Shown here: positions 1 to 9,942 of the stretch, in pieces
Position numbering within the stretch: the stretch's first letter is position 1
How the letters are laid out: every line of letters starts with the position of its first letter
Assembly (NCBI RefSeq): GCF_965278975.1
Contig: NZ_OZ257126.1
Span: forward strand, 3,653,113 to 3,717,112
Direction of reading: 5' to 3'
Length of the DNA stretch: 64,000 nucleotides
Origin: Ferrovibrio sp.
GTDB taxonomy: Bacteria; Pseudomonadota; Alphaproteobacteria; Ferrovibrionales; Ferrovibrionaceae
The notes under the pieces: model-generated
Told to the model about the DNA's origin: nothing
Databases searched by the model: none
What the model saw: only the letters and a program-made list of their open reading frames with translations
Made by a program: the position numbers and the translations under genes

Positions 1-43
1 AGCTGGGCCGGCGTTAGCCGCCCGGCCTAAAGCTTTACCGTTG

Positions 44-1285
44 TTACCCGGCAGTGGGCGAAACCACCGTGCAGGTGAGGTTCTTGCGCTTCAGGCTGGA
101 ACAGGCATTGCGCGCATCGGCTTCCGAGAGGCCGGTGAGGCGGGCGCGGTAGAGCATACCGCTGTCGGCGCGCAGCGTCTCGATGGTCGGCTCGCCAGCC
201 GGCACCTTGGCCTGCGCCTTGGCAACGGTGGCCTCGGCGGCATCCTGCTTCTTGAAGGCGCCAAGCTGCACCGCCCAGGAGCCATTGCCATTCTGCTTCT
301 TGCCCTTGGCTGCCGGTGCCTTGGCAACGGCGGGCTCGGCCTTGGCGGCCTTCTTCGGCTTGGCGGCGCGGGCGGCACTGCCGGTTTCGGCGGCCTGGGC
401 CGAACTGATCAGGCTGAAGGCCGGGGCCGGCTCCACGGAAGCCATCACCGGATCGTTGCCCGGCTTGCCGATACGCTCGAAGCCGGCATCCAGCAACTGA
501 ATCATGCGGTTGTCGCGGGAGACGATGCTCGGGCCGCCGAACACCACGGCCAGCACGCGGCGGCCATCGCGCTTCGCGGAGGCGACGAGGTTGAAGCCGG
601 AAGCGGCGATGAAGCCGGTCTTGATGCCGTCGGCGCCTTCATAGCGCGCCAGCACATGGTTGTGGTTGCGGATGGTGGCTTCCTTCCACTGGAATTCAGC
701 GGTGGAGAAGTAGTGATAGTATTTCGCGTGGTTCTTGATCAGCGCCATGCCCAGCGTCGCCATGTCGCGCGCCGTGGTCTGCTGCTGCTTGTTCGGCAGG
801 CCCGAGGAATTCTTGAAGGTGGTGCGGCTCATGCCGAGCTGATGCGCGCGGCGGGTCGCCATCTGAGCGAACTGCGCCTCGGTGCCGCCGATGGCTTCGG
901 CCAGCACGGCAGTGGCGTTGTTGGCCGACTTGGTGATGGCGGCGAGCACGGCGTCGCGCACGGTGATGGTCTGGCCGGCGCGCAGTTCGATGCCATAGGG
1001 CTGGGAAGCGGCATGGGCCGAGACCTTCAGCGGCTGGTTCATCTGCAGCTGGCCGCTGTTGAGCGCGTCGAAGGCCATGTAGAGGGTCATCATCTTGGTC
1101 AGCGATGCCGGGTAGCGCAGGGCATCGGCATCCTGTGCGTGCAGCACACGGCCAGAATCGGCATCGACCACGATGGCGGCATATTTACCCTGGGCGAGAG
1201 CAGGGCTGTGGCTGAGCAGGACAGAGAAACAAATCGTTACAACTAGGGTCGCAATACCCCGCACCAGAGCGACAACCTGCATCAT
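44..1285 (-). CDS. D-alanyl-D-alanine carboxypeptidase (peptidase S11) with C-terminal SPOR domain
   Basis: SxxK (ASLTKMM), SxN (KSANN) and KTG motifs; C-terminal WAVQLGAF SPOR-like segment; ATG at 1285 preceded by a G-rich RBS. Confidence 0.9.
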   Translation of the reverse strand: MMQVVALVRGIATLVVTICFSVLLSHSPALAQGKYAAIVVDADSGRVLHAQDADALRYPASLTKMMTLYMAFDALNSGQLQMNQPLKVSAHAASQPYGIELRAGQTITVRDAVLAAITKSANNATAVLAEAIGGTEAQFAQMATRRAHQLGMSRTTFKNSSGLPNKQQQTTARDMATLGMALIKNHAKYYHYFSTAEFQWKEATIRNHNHVLARYEGADGIKTGFIAASGFNLVASAKRDGRRVLAVVFGGPSIVSRDNRMIQLLDAGFERIGKPGNDPVMASVEPAPAFSLISSAQAAETGSAARAAKPKKAAKAEPAVAKAPAAKGKKQNGNGSWAVQLGAFKKQDAAEATVAKAQAKVPAGEPTIETLRADSGMLYRARLTGLSEADARNACSSLKRKNLTCTVVSPTAG

Positions 1286-1500
1286 TGATCCCCCGTAACG
1301 ATCCTGCTTGACTCGATACACTATTGCTTGACTCAGACGCTGAGCGAGATGGAACGCCATCAATTCGCCCGATTCGCTTGGCATGAGTGTATGAATCGCG
1401 ATTCGGCTTGTCCAGTGGAAAAGTCTGCCAAACTCTTGATTCAGCTATGATTCAGCATAGCGTTAACCATCAGGCAGAAGCACAACTTATGGAGTCTAAA

Positions 1501-2217
1501 ATGCGTCGGGTTAAGGAATGGTTTGGTCTGGCGGCCCTTCTGGCGCTGGGCGCCTGTGCCTCGGTCGGGCCGACGGACGACCCGGTGCGCCGCCATTTCT
1601 CCTGGGACCGCTATGTCGGAGGCGACGATCTGGCGGTGAGCTGCCAGTCCGGCCAGCCTGCGCGCTACCGTCTGGTGTATAATGGCCGCCACGACGAGCA
1701 GCGTCGTTCCTATGACTTTTCGGCCCAGCCCGATGGCGGCGTCATGCTGGAGGCACGGGTCATCGGCTCCGGCTCGCTGCTGCGTCTGACGGTGGAGGAT
1801 CCGCTCAAGCCGTGGCGCGGCGAGCAGGCGCTCTACCGTCTCAGCCAGGCCGAATTCGCCACTGTTACCAAGGCATTGACCGACGCCGGCTTCGAACAGA
1901 CGGCGAAGCGCGATATGGAACTGCGCGGCGACGACTTCTTCTGGACCGCCAGCGCCTGCCGCGATGGCAAGTTCCATTTCAACGCCTGGGCCGCCGAGGG
2001 CTACCCGGCCGAGACCGCCAGCTTCAAGGCACTGCGCTTCCTGGAAGTGCTGGCGCCGTTCGACCGTACCGGGGTGGCGGTGAATCCGCCGCGCAAGGTG
2101 CCGCTGCCGCCGTATTCGACCTTGTTCAACGAAACCAGCGAGAAGCCCAAGGTTGTACCGCCGCGCTATATCGTTGGCGACAACGGTTTGGTGTATACCC
2201 AGCGGGCGTTTAATTAG
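1501..2217 (+). CDS. Uncharacterised lipoprotein
   Basis: GGAG RBS at 1491; N-terminus MRRVKEWFGLAALLALGAC carries a lipobox (LGAC); no family recognised. Confidence 0.75.
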   Translation: MRRVKEWFGLAALLALGACASVGPTDDPVRRHFSWDRYVGGDDLAVSCQSGQPARYRLVYNGRHDEQRRSYDFSAQPDGGVMLEARVIGSGSLLRLTVEDPLKPWRGEQALYRLSQAEFATVTKALTDAGFEQTAKRDMELRGDDFFWTASACRDGKFHFNAWAAEGYPAETASFKALRFLEVLAPFDRTGVAVNPPRKVPLPPYSTLFNETSEKPKVVPPRYIVGDNGLVYTQRAFN

Positions 2218-2269
2218 GCAATAAGCTGTTGATCGCGCAAGGGAACGCTGCATTGCCGCATTTTTATAT

Positions 2270-2340
2270 TGCGGCGCACAAAAAATCCCTTGACGCAACC
2301 CAGGGCGTGCCCATATAAACATCAATGTTGCACCGCAGCA
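2270..2340 (+). promoter_or_regulatory. Phasin promoter (TTGACG-N18-TATAAA) flanked by two PhaR-like boxes
   Basis: TTGACG 2290-2295 and TATAAA 2314-2319; TGCGGCGCACAA 2270-2281 and TGCACCGCAGCA 2329-2340 both fit TGCRNYGCASMA (rhizobial PhaR consensus as I recall it). Confidence 0.65.
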
Positions 2341-2421
2341 TTTTTTCTGCCGCGCCGGTACGCCGGGGCGGCTTTTAGAGCACCCACCCCAGGATCAACA
2401 GTCGCTAGAAGGATTATTCCC

Positions 2422-2946
2422 ATGGCCAAGACCAAGACCGTCGCGCCGAAGATCGAAGCGCCGAAGCTCGATAGCGCGCCCTACGAAACCCTGATCTCTG
2501 CTTCCAAGGAGCAGATGGAGAAGGCGCTGAAGGCGACCACCGAAGCCACCGAGCGCGCCTTTGCCCAGGCCAAGGATCGCCTGGAAACCGCGGTGAAGAG
2601 CTACGATGACGCCGCCAAGTTCTCCAAGACCAACATCGACGCCTTCGTCGCCGCCGGCAACGTCGCCTCGAAGGGCGCCGAAACCATCAACGCCGAAGTG
2701 CTGGCTTTCGCGAAGACTCAGTACGAAGACAACCTGGCCGCTACGAAGGCCCTGTTTGGCGCCAAGACCCTGCAGGAACTGATCGAACTGCAGAACGATT
2801 TCGCCAAGACCGCCTTCGAAGCCTATGCCGCCCATGCCACCAAGCTGAGCGAAGTGTCGGCCAAGGTTGCTCAGGACACCTTTGCCCCGATCAACGCCCA
2901 GGTTCAGGCGGCGGTCGAGAAGTTCGTGAAGCCGCTGGCCGCCTGA
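2422..2946 (+). CDS. phaP: Phasin (PHA granule-associated protein)
   Basis: Ala/Lys-rich amphipathic helical protein with the phasin-like core (AKTLQELIELQNDFAKTAFE); PhaR-like boxes upstream; phaC elsewhere in the window. Confidence 0.85.
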   Translation: MAKTKTVAPKIEAPKLDSAPYETLISASKEQMEKALKATTEATERAFAQAKDRLETAVKSYDDAAKFSKTNIDAFVAAGNVASKGAETINAEVLAFAKTQYEDNLAATKALFGAKTLQELIELQNDFAKTAFEAYAAHATKLSEVSAKVAQDTFAPINAQVQAAVEKFVKPLAA

Positions 2947-2990
2947 TTGGGCGCCAAGCCGCACACGGCTTTGTGACAGTGCAAGAGTAG

Positions 2991-3020
2991 AGGCCCGGCG
3001 GCGACGCCGGGCCTTTTTTT
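2991..3020 (+). terminator. Intrinsic terminator after phasin
   Basis: 10-bp stem AGGCCCGGCG/CGCCGGGCCT, GCGA tetraloop, then a T-tract. Confidence 0.85.
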
Positions 3021-3073
3021 GTCCACAGGTCAAGTCAATGCGCTGTACACCATCTTTTTTTAACCGCCGGGTG

Positions 3074-3101
3074 CTGGTATTTTTTTACCATGTTCCCATA
3101 T
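3074..3101 (+). promoter_or_regulatory. Possible RpoH (sigma32) promoter for clpS-clpA
   Basis: CTGG-N17-CCCATAT resembles alphaproteobacterial CTTG-N17-CCTATNT; context is a protease operon. Confidence 0.3.
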
Positions 3102-3210
3102 CCTTAACCGATGCGGTGGCGCGGATGGCGCTTTTGCTTTTCGGGCGGAGCACAGGAATGAGCCGCGGCATCAGTGAGCAGGACAGAGTAGAGCCGATGA
3201 GTGGGCGGGC

Positions 3211-3540
3211 ATGAGCGAGCGGGATGGACGCGACGGACGCGGGCGTACCGAAATCGGCGTGGTCACCAAGACCAAGCCGAAGACGCAAAAGCCGCCGATG
3301 TACAAGGTGCTGTTGCTGAACGACGACTACACACCGATGGAGTTCGTCGTGCATGTGTTGGAGCGTTTCTTCAACAAGCCTCGCGAGGAAGCCACGCAGA
3401 TCATGCTGCATGTCCATCAGAAGGGCGTCGGCATATGCGGTGTGTTCACCTACGAGGTGGCTGAAACGAAAGTGACCCAGGTGGTCGATTTCGCCCGCCA
3501 GCATCAGCATCCTCTGCAATGCACCATGGAACGTGATTAA
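3211..3540 (+). CDS. clpS: ATP-dependent Clp protease adaptor ClpS
   Basis: [20 protein letters not shown] motif; directly upstream of clpA. Confidence 0.97.
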   Translation: MSERDGRDGRGRTEIGVVTKTKPKTQKPPMYKVLLLNDDYTPMEFVVHVLERFFNKPREEATQIMLHVHQKGVGICGVFTYEVAETKVTQVVDFARQHQHPLQCTMERD

Positions 3541-3577
3541 AGTTTAGTGGAACGTGGTTGATGGAGGCGTAGACCGA

Positions 3578-5953
3578 ATGGCAAGCTTCTCGCGCACATT
3601 AGAGCAATCCCTGCACCGGGCCCTGTCCCTGGCCGGCGCCAAGAAGCATGAATTCGCTACCCTTGAGCATCTGCTCTTCGCTCTTACCGAAGATTCCGAC
3701 GCCATCGCGGTGATGCGGGCGTGCAATGTCGATATCGAAAAGCTGCGCGAGCGGCTCGGCACCTTCATCGATGAAGAACTGCGCGGCCTGGTGGTTACCG
3801 GCTTACCGCAGGATGCCAAGCCGACCTTGAGCTTCCAGCGCGCCGTGCAGCGCGCGCTGTTCCATGTGCAATCCTCCGGCCGCGAGGAAGTGACCGGCGC
3901 CAATGTATTGGTGGCGATCTTCTCCGAACGCGAGAGCCATGCCGTGCATTTCCTGCAGGAGCAGGACATGACGCGTCTCGATGCCGTCAGCTATATCAGC
4001 CATGGCGTTGCCAAGGCGCCGGGCGCGCGCAACGAGCGCCGGCCGGTGCGCGGTGCCTCCGATGCGCCGTCGGGCGAGGAGGGCGCGCGCGAGCAGCGTG
4101 CCGAGCGCGAGAAGCCGGGCGCCAAGGATAAAGACAAGGACAAAGAGGCGCTCACCGCCTATTGCGTCAATCTCAACGACAAGGCCAAGGCCGGCAAGAT
4201 CGATCCGCTGATCGGCCGCGAACCCGAGATCGAGCGCACGATCCAGATTCTGTGCCGCCGCACCAAGAACAACCCGCTCTATGTCGGCGATCCCGGCGTT
4301 GGCAAGACCGCCATCGCGGAAGGTCTGGCGCGCCGCATCATCCATGGCGAAGTGCCGGGCATCCTGAAGGAAGCCGTGATCTACGCGCTGGACATGGGCA
4401 GCCTGCTTGCCGGCACGCGCTATCGCGGCGATTTCGAGGAACGCCTGAAGCAGGTGATGCAGGAGTTGGAAGCCCAGCCGAACGCCATCCTGTTCATCGA
4501 CGAGATGCACACCGTGATCGGCGCCGGTGCCACTTCCGGCGGCGCCATGGATGCGTCCAACCTGCTGAAGCCGGCGCTGGCTTCCGGCGCGCTGCGCTGC
4601 ATCGGCTCGACGACGTACAAGGAGTTTCGTTCCTACATCGAGAAGGACCGCGCACTGCTGCGCCGCTTCCAGAAGATCGATGTGAACGAGCCGACCCTGA
4701 CCGACGCGGTGAAGATCCTGCGCGGCATCAAGACCTATTACGAAGAGCATCATCACGTCCGCTATACCGACGATGCCATCAAGGCCGCCGTCGAGCTTTC
4801 GGCCAAGTATATCAACGACCGCAAGCTGCCGGACAAGGCCATCGATGTGATCGACGAAGTCGGCGCGGCTGAATTGCTGAAGCCGGAATCGCGCCGCCGC
4901 AAGGTGATCGGTGTGAAGGAGGTCGAGGCCATCGTTGCCAAGATCGCCCGCATTCCCCCGAAGTCGGTGAGCCGCGAGGACAAGGAATCCCTGCGCAACC
5001 TCAATGCCGAACTGAAGCGCGTGGTCTATGGCCAGGATGCCGCCATCGATGCGCTGTCCAGCGCCATCAAGCTGGCGCGTGCCGGCCTGCGCGAACCGGA
5101 AAAGCCGATCGGTTCCTATCTCTTCTCCGGCCCCACCGGCGTCGGCAAGACCGAGGTGGCGCGTCAGCTCGCCCATATCATGGGCGTGGAGCTGATCCGC
5201 TTCGATATGTCGGAATACATGGAGCGCCACAGCGTCTCGCGCCTGATCGGCGCACCGCCGGGCTATGTCGGCTTCGATCAGGGCGGCCTGCTCACCGATG
5301 CCGTGGACCAGCATCCGCATTGCGTGCTGCTGCTCGATGAAATCGAGAAGGCCCATGGCGACCTGTTCAACATTCTGTTGCAGGTGATGGACCACGGCAA
5401 GCTGACCGACAATAACGGCAAGAGCGTTGATTTCCGCAACGTGGTGCTGATCATGACCACGAATGCCGGTGCCTCCGAGATGTCGAAGCAGGCCATCGGC
5501 TTCGGCCGCGGTTTGAAGGAAGGCGAGGACGAAGAGGCGATCAAGAAGCTGTTCACGCCGGAATTCCGCAACCGCCTGGATGCCACCATCGGCTTCGCGC
5601 CGCTGGCGCAGGAAACCATCTCCCGCGTGGTCGACAAGTTCGTCGCCCAGCTCGAAGGCCAGCTTGCCGACCGCAATGTCACCATCGCGCTGACCGACGA
5701 GGCCCGCGCCTGGCTGGCCGAGCATGGCTACGACCCGCTCTATGGTGCCCGGCCGCTGGGCCGCGTGATCCAGGAAAACATCAAAAAGCCATTGGCGGAC
5801 GAATTGCTGTTCGGCCAGCTGGTCAAGGGTGGCCATATCCTGGTGACGGCGAAGGATGGCAAGCTCGGGTTTGAAATCACCGCCGAGAAGACGCCCGCGC
5901 CCAAGGGCAAGGGCGACGCCACGGAAAGCAAGGAGCCGGAATACGCGAATTGA
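3578..5953 (+). CDS. clpA: ATP-dependent Clp protease ATP-binding subunit ClpA
   Basis: Clp N-domain, two AAA+ modules (GDPGVGKT, GPTGVGKT), IGF loop; GGAGG RBS before ATG 3578. Confidence 0.97.
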   Translation: MASFSRTLEQSLHRALSLAGAKKHEFATLEHLLFALTEDSDAIAVMRACNVDIEKLRERLGTFIDEELRGLVVTGLPQDAKPTLSFQRAVQRALFHVQSSGREEVTGANVLVAIFSERESHAVHFLQEQDMTRLDAVSYISHGVAKAPGARNERRPVRGASDAPSGEEGAREQRAEREKPGAKDKDKDKEALTAYCVNLNDKAKAGKIDPLIGREPEIERTIQILCRRTKNNPLYVGDPGVGKTAIAEGLARRIIHGEVPGILKEAVIYALDMGSLLAGTRYRGDFEERLKQVMQELEAQPNAILFIDEMHTVIGAGATSGGAMDASNLLKPALASGALRCIGSTTYKEFRSYIEKDRALLRRFQKIDVNEPTLTDAVKILRGIKTYYEEHHHVRYTDDAIKAAVELSAKYINDRKLPDKAIDVIDEVGAAELLKPESRRRKVIGVKEVEAIVAKIARIPPKSVSREDKESLRNLNAELKRVVYGQDAAIDALSSAIKLARAGLREPEKPIGSYLFSGPTGVGKTEVARQLAHIMGVELIRFDMSEYMERHSVSRLIGAPPGYVGFDQGGLLTDAVDQHPHCVLLLDEIEKAHGDLFNILLQVMDHGKLTDNNGKSVDFRNVVLIMTTNAGASEMSKQAIGFGRGLKEGEDEEAIKKLFTPEFRNRLDATIGFAPLAQETISRVVDKFVAQLEGQLADRNVTIALTDEARAWLAEHGYDPLYGARPLGRVIQENIKKPLADELLFGQLVKGGHILVTAKDGKLGFEITAEKTPAPKGKGDATESKEPEYAN

Positions 5954-6071
5954 TATCGCGTATTCCGCTTGCCGGCGGCCTTCCTGGCATAATTTCTGCA
6001 CGCTTCTGAGGCTGTAACCCCACGCCGTCAAACTGCCGGCGTGGCACCCATCATGCTGTTTGAGTTAGGTC

Positions 6072-7136
6072 ATGGCCGATCAGAATCATCATTTGCAAGT
6101 CCATCAGGTAATCGATGGCATCGAGCGCGACGTTCAGGAATTCGGCGCGCAGAACGAAAACATCGCCTTCCAGACCACATTGCTAGCCTTGAATGCCTCG
6201 ATCGAAGCGGCGCGTGCCGGCGAGGTAGGCCGCAGTTTTGCGGTGGTGGCCCAGGAAGTGAAGGCATTGGCGAACCAGACCGCCGACAATTCCAAACGCT
6301 TCCGCGATGTCGTGCTGAAGCGGATCGGCGCCTCCAAGCAGGCCGCCGAGCAGATCGTCACCCAGATCGTGAAGGATCTGGAAGGCCCGCGCCTTGCCGA
6401 CATGGCCCAGACCATCGTGCAGCTGATCGTGCGGAACCTCTATGAGCGGACCTGCGATTGCCGCTGGTGGGCCACCGACGCGGCGATGTGGCAGGCCCTG
6501 GCCGAACCTTCCGAGGAATTATACGCGCTCGCCAGCGAACGCCTCGGCGTGATCAACCGTTTTTACACGGTGTATCTCAATCTGGTGCTGGCCGATGCCT
6601 CTGGCCGGGTGGTCGCCACGGCCAACCCGAAATTGTTTCCCCGCGCCGCGCGGGCTGATGTGTCGCGCACGCCCTGGTTCCAGAACGCCATGCGGTCGCG
6701 CAGCGGCGACGATTATTGCGTCGACGAGATCAGCCAGAGCAACAGCCATGAGCGCAAGGCGGTGGCGATCTATGCCGCGGCGGTCCGGGCTGGCGGCCAG
6801 ATCCATGGCGCGCCGCTTGGCGTGCTGGGTGTGATCTTCGATTGGGACAAGCAGGGCCGCAGCATCGTGCATGATGAACCCAGCCTGAGTGCCGAGGAAT
6901 GGCAGCGCAGCCGGGTGCTGCTGCTCGATGCCAGGCGCCGGGTCATTGCCGCTTCCGATGGTCAGGGCCTGTATCAGCCTTTCGATTTGCAGGCGGCGGA
7001 ACAGGAGCGGGGGTATTACTACGCCGCCGATGGCAGTCTGGTGGCCTTTGCCCGCACCATTGGCTACGAAACCTATGACGGCCTGGGCTGGTATGGTGTC
7101 GTCGTGCAGCAGCCCGGTTCGGGCCCCGGGCGCTGA
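6072..7136 (+). CDS. Soluble MCP-signal-domain protein with C-terminal Cache/PDC-like domain
   Basis: N-terminal chemoreceptor hairpin-tip motif ([31 protein letters not shown]), then a region resembling a PDC/Cache sensor; no TM helices seen. Confidence 0.75.
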   Translation: MADQNHHLQVHQVIDGIERDVQEFGAQNENIAFQTTLLALNASIEAARAGEVGRSFAVVAQEVKALANQTADNSKRFRDVVLKRIGASKQAAEQIVTQIVKDLEGPRLADMAQTIVQLIVRNLYERTCDCRWWATDAAMWQALAEPSEELYALASERLGVINRFYTVYLNLVLADASGRVVATANPKLFPRAARADVSRTPWFQNAMRSRSGDDYCVDEISQSNSHERKAVAIYAAAVRAGGQIHGAPLGVLGVIFDWDKQGRSIVHDEPSLSAEEWQRSRVLLLDARRRVIAASDGQGLYQPFDLQAAEQERGYYYAADGSLVAFARTIGYETYDGLGWYGVVVQQPGSGPGR

Positions 7137-7305
7137 CCTAGGGTAAACGTAAAGGGCAATGAAATTGCCTGATTATCCAAATGAATTTCCTGTGTGGTGC
7201 CCCCGGCACCACATGGACTTATATGTCGATTTTACATAAATTCTCCATCAATCGCCGGCCAGACGAAATCAGCCAGAGCCGGCATTGCATGGAGGCAAGA
7301 CACCA

Positions 7306-8898
7306 ATGGCAACCTTCCGTCTCAAGGCGGCTCTGCTGGCCAGCGCGCTCGCGCTGGCGGCGATCTCTCCCGCAGCTTATGCGCAGGGCAAGACCCTGCG
7401 CTGGGCCAGCCAGGGCGACTATCTCACCTTCGACCCGCATAGCCAGAACGAGGGCCTGACCCGCACCGGCTCATTCCAGGTCTATGAGGGCCTGCTCGGC
7501 TATTCCGCCGATCTGAAATTCGTGCCGGCGCTCGCCACCTCGTGGAAGGCGATCAACGACACCACCTGGGAATTCAAGCTGCGCCAGGGCGTCAAGTTCC
7601 ATGGCGGCGAGAGCTTCACCGCCGATGACGTGGTGTTCTCGGTCAAGCGCGCCCAGCATGCCAATTCGGATTTCAAGACCTACATCGCCTCCGTCAAGGA
7701 CGTGAAGAAGGTCGATGATTTCACCGTGCATGTGATCACCGACGGCGCCAACCCGATCCTGCCGAACCAGATCGCCAACATCTTCATCCTCTCCAAGGGC
7801 TGGGCCGAGAAGCACAATGTGCTGAACCCGCAGAGCTACAAGGACAAGGAAGAGACCTATGCCGTGCGCAATGCCAACGGCACCGGCCCGTTCTCGCTGA
7901 AGCTGCGCGAGCAGGATGTCCGCACCGTCACCGCCAAGAACCCGACCTGGTGGGGCCTCAAGGACGCGCCGCATAACATCGACGAGATCGTCTACACCCC
8001 GGTGACCACCGCCGCCACCCGCGTCGCCGCGCTGCTCTCGGGCCAGCTCGATTTCGTGCTCGACGTGCCGGTGCAGGACGTGGAACGCGTCCGCCGCACT
8101 GCCGGTATGCAGGTGAAGAAGACCAACGAAATCCGTTCGATCTTCCTCGGCCTCGATGTCGGCAGCCCGGAATTGAAGTATGCCGATGTGAAGGGCAAGA
8201 ACCCGCTGGCCGACAAGCGCGTGCGCCAGGCCATGTATCATGCCATCGACATGGAAGCGATCCGCGCCAAGGTGATGCGTGGCGATGCCGTGGTTGCCGG
8301 CATGATCACCTCGCCGGGCGTGCACGGGTATGATGCCGCGATCGACAAGCGCCTGCCGTATGATGTCGCCAAGGCCAAGAAGCTGCTGGCCGATGCCGGC
8401 TACCCGAATGGCTTCGGTATCACCCTGGATTGCTCGAACGACCGCTATGTGAATGACGAAGCGGTCTGCCAGGCTGTCGTCGGCATGCTGGCCCAGGCCG
8501 GCATCAAGGTGGATCTCGCGGCGCGCTCCAAGACGCTGCATTTCCCCAAACTGCAGAAGAAGGACAGCAGCTTCTTCCTGCTCGGCTGGGGCGTGCCGAC
8601 CTTCGACTCCCACTATGTGTTCTCGTATCTGGTGCAGACCCCGGACGGCAAGAACGGCTCCTGGAACTTCACCAACTACTCGAACCCGAAGCTGGACGGC
8701 ATGATCAACGGCATGCTCTCGGAGCTTGATGCCGGCAAGCGCGACAAGCTGATCCGCGACGTGTGGGATATTGTCAACGACGAGGTGATCTACCTGCCGC
8801 TGCATCATCAGGTGCTGAACTGGGCCATGGCCGACAAGCTGGACATGCCCATCATCGCCGACAATGTGCCGCGCTTCCACTTCGCCAAGCTGAAGTAA
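7306..8898 (+). CDS. Peptide/opine/nickel ABC transporter substrate-binding protein (family 5)
   Basis: Signal peptide; family-5 SBP motifs (YEGL, PALATSW, FKLRQGVKFHGG, GTGPF); GGAGG RBS. Confidence 0.92.
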   Translation: MATFRLKAALLASALALAAISPAAYAQGKTLRWASQGDYLTFDPHSQNEGLTRTGSFQVYEGLLGYSADLKFVPALATSWKAINDTTWEFKLRQGVKFHGGESFTADDVVFSVKRAQHANSDFKTYIASVKDVKKVDDFTVHVITDGANPILPNQIANIFILSKGWAEKHNVLNPQSYKDKEETYAVRNANGTGPFSLKLREQDVRTVTAKNPTWWGLKDAPHNIDEIVYTPVTTAATRVAALLSGQLDFVLDVPVQDVERVRRTAGMQVKKTNEIRSIFLGLDVGSPELKYADVKGKNPLADKRVRQAMYHAIDMEAIRAKVMRGDAVVAGMITSPGVHGYDAAIDKRLPYDVAKAKKLLADAGYPNGFGITLDCSNDRYVNDEAVCQAVVGMLAQAGIKVDLAARSKTLHFPKLQKKDSSFFLLGWGVPTFDSHYVFSYLVQTPDGKNGSWNFTNYSNPKLDGMINGMLSELDAGKRDKLIRDVWDIVNDEVIYLPLHHQVLNWAMADKLDMPIIADNVPRFHFAKLK

Positions 8899-8904
8899 CC
8901 AGCC

Positions 8905-8934
8905 AACGGGCCGCCCTTCGCAGGGCGGCCCGTT
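8905..8934 (+). terminator. Intra-operonic hairpin after the SBP gene
   Basis: 13-bp perfect stem AACGGGCCGCCCT/AGGGCGGCCCGTT with 4-nt loop, followed by TCCTTT. Confidence 0.6.
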
Positions 8935-8952
8935 TCCTTTAGAGTCCGCCCC

Positions 8953-9942
8953 ATGCTCGGCTATCTCATCGGCCGTTTGGGCCAGGCACTCGCCGTCATG
9001 CTGGCGGTGGCCCTGGTCGCTTTCGTGCTGTTCAACTATATCGGCGATCCGATCAACAACATGGTGGGGCAGGATGCCACCACCACGGACCGTGCTGCCT
9101 TGCGCGAGCAGCTTGGCATCGATGATCCGGCCCTGGTGCAGTTCGGCCGCTTCCTGGTCAACGCGGCGCAGGGCGAATTCGGCCTCAGCTACCGGCTCAA
9201 GCGCCCGGTCAGCATCCTGATCCGCGAGCGCCTGCCGGCGACGCTGGAACTCGTCGCGCTCTCCGCCATCATGGCGCTGATCCTCGGCCTGCCGCTTGGC
9301 GTCTATACCGCGCTCAGGCGCGATAGCTGGTTCACCCGTACCATCCTCACGGCGTCGCTGGTCGGCGTGTCGCTGCCCACTTTCGTCATCGGCATCGGCC
9401 TGATCTATCTGTTCTCGGTGCAGTTCGACCTGCTGCCCAGCTTCGGGCGCGGCCAAGTAGTGCAGCTTGGCTGGTGGAGCACCGGCTTCCTCACCAAATC
9501 CGGCTGGGCCGCCATCATCATGCCGTCGATCACGCTCTGCCTTTACCAGCTTACCCTGGTGCTGCGGCTGGTGCGGTCGGAAATGCTGGAAGTGCTGCGC
9601 ACCGACTATATCAAGTTCGCCCGCGCGCGCGGCCTTTCCGATAGCGTGGTGCATTTCCGCCATGCGCTGAAAAACACGCTGATGCCGGTGGTCACCATCA
9701 TCGGCCTCCAGGTCGGCGGCCTGATCGCCTTTTCCATCGTCACCGAAACCGTGTTCCAGTGGCCGGGCATGGGCCTGCTGTTCATCCAGGCCGTCACCTT
9801 CGCCGATATCCCGGTGATGTCGGCCTATCTGGTGATGGTCGGCCTGCTGTTCGTGATCCTGAACCTCACTGTCGATCTGGTGTATTTCCTGATCGATCCA
9901 CGCCTGAGTGCGCAGCAGGGGCAGGCGGCCAAGGACAAATGA
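8953..9942 (+). CDS. Peptide ABC transporter permease (DppB/OppB-like)
   Basis: Multiple TM segments; EAA-like loop (DYIKFARARGL); ETVFQWPGMG motif. Confidence 0.92.
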   Translation: MLGYLIGRLGQALAVMLAVALVAFVLFNYIGDPINNMVGQDATTTDRAALREQLGIDDPALVQFGRFLVNAAQGEFGLSYRLKRPVSILIRERLPATLELVALSAIMALILGLPLGVYTALRRDSWFTRTILTASLVGVSLPTFVIGIGLIYLFSVQFDLLPSFGRGQVVQLGWWSTGFLTKSGWAAIIMPSITLCLYQLTLVLRLVRSEMLEVLRTDYIKFARARGLSDSVVHFRHALKNTLMPVVTIIGLQVGGLIAFSIVTETVFQWPGMGLLFIQAVTFADIPVMSAYLVMVGLLFVILNLTVDLVYFLIDPRLSAQQGQAAKDK

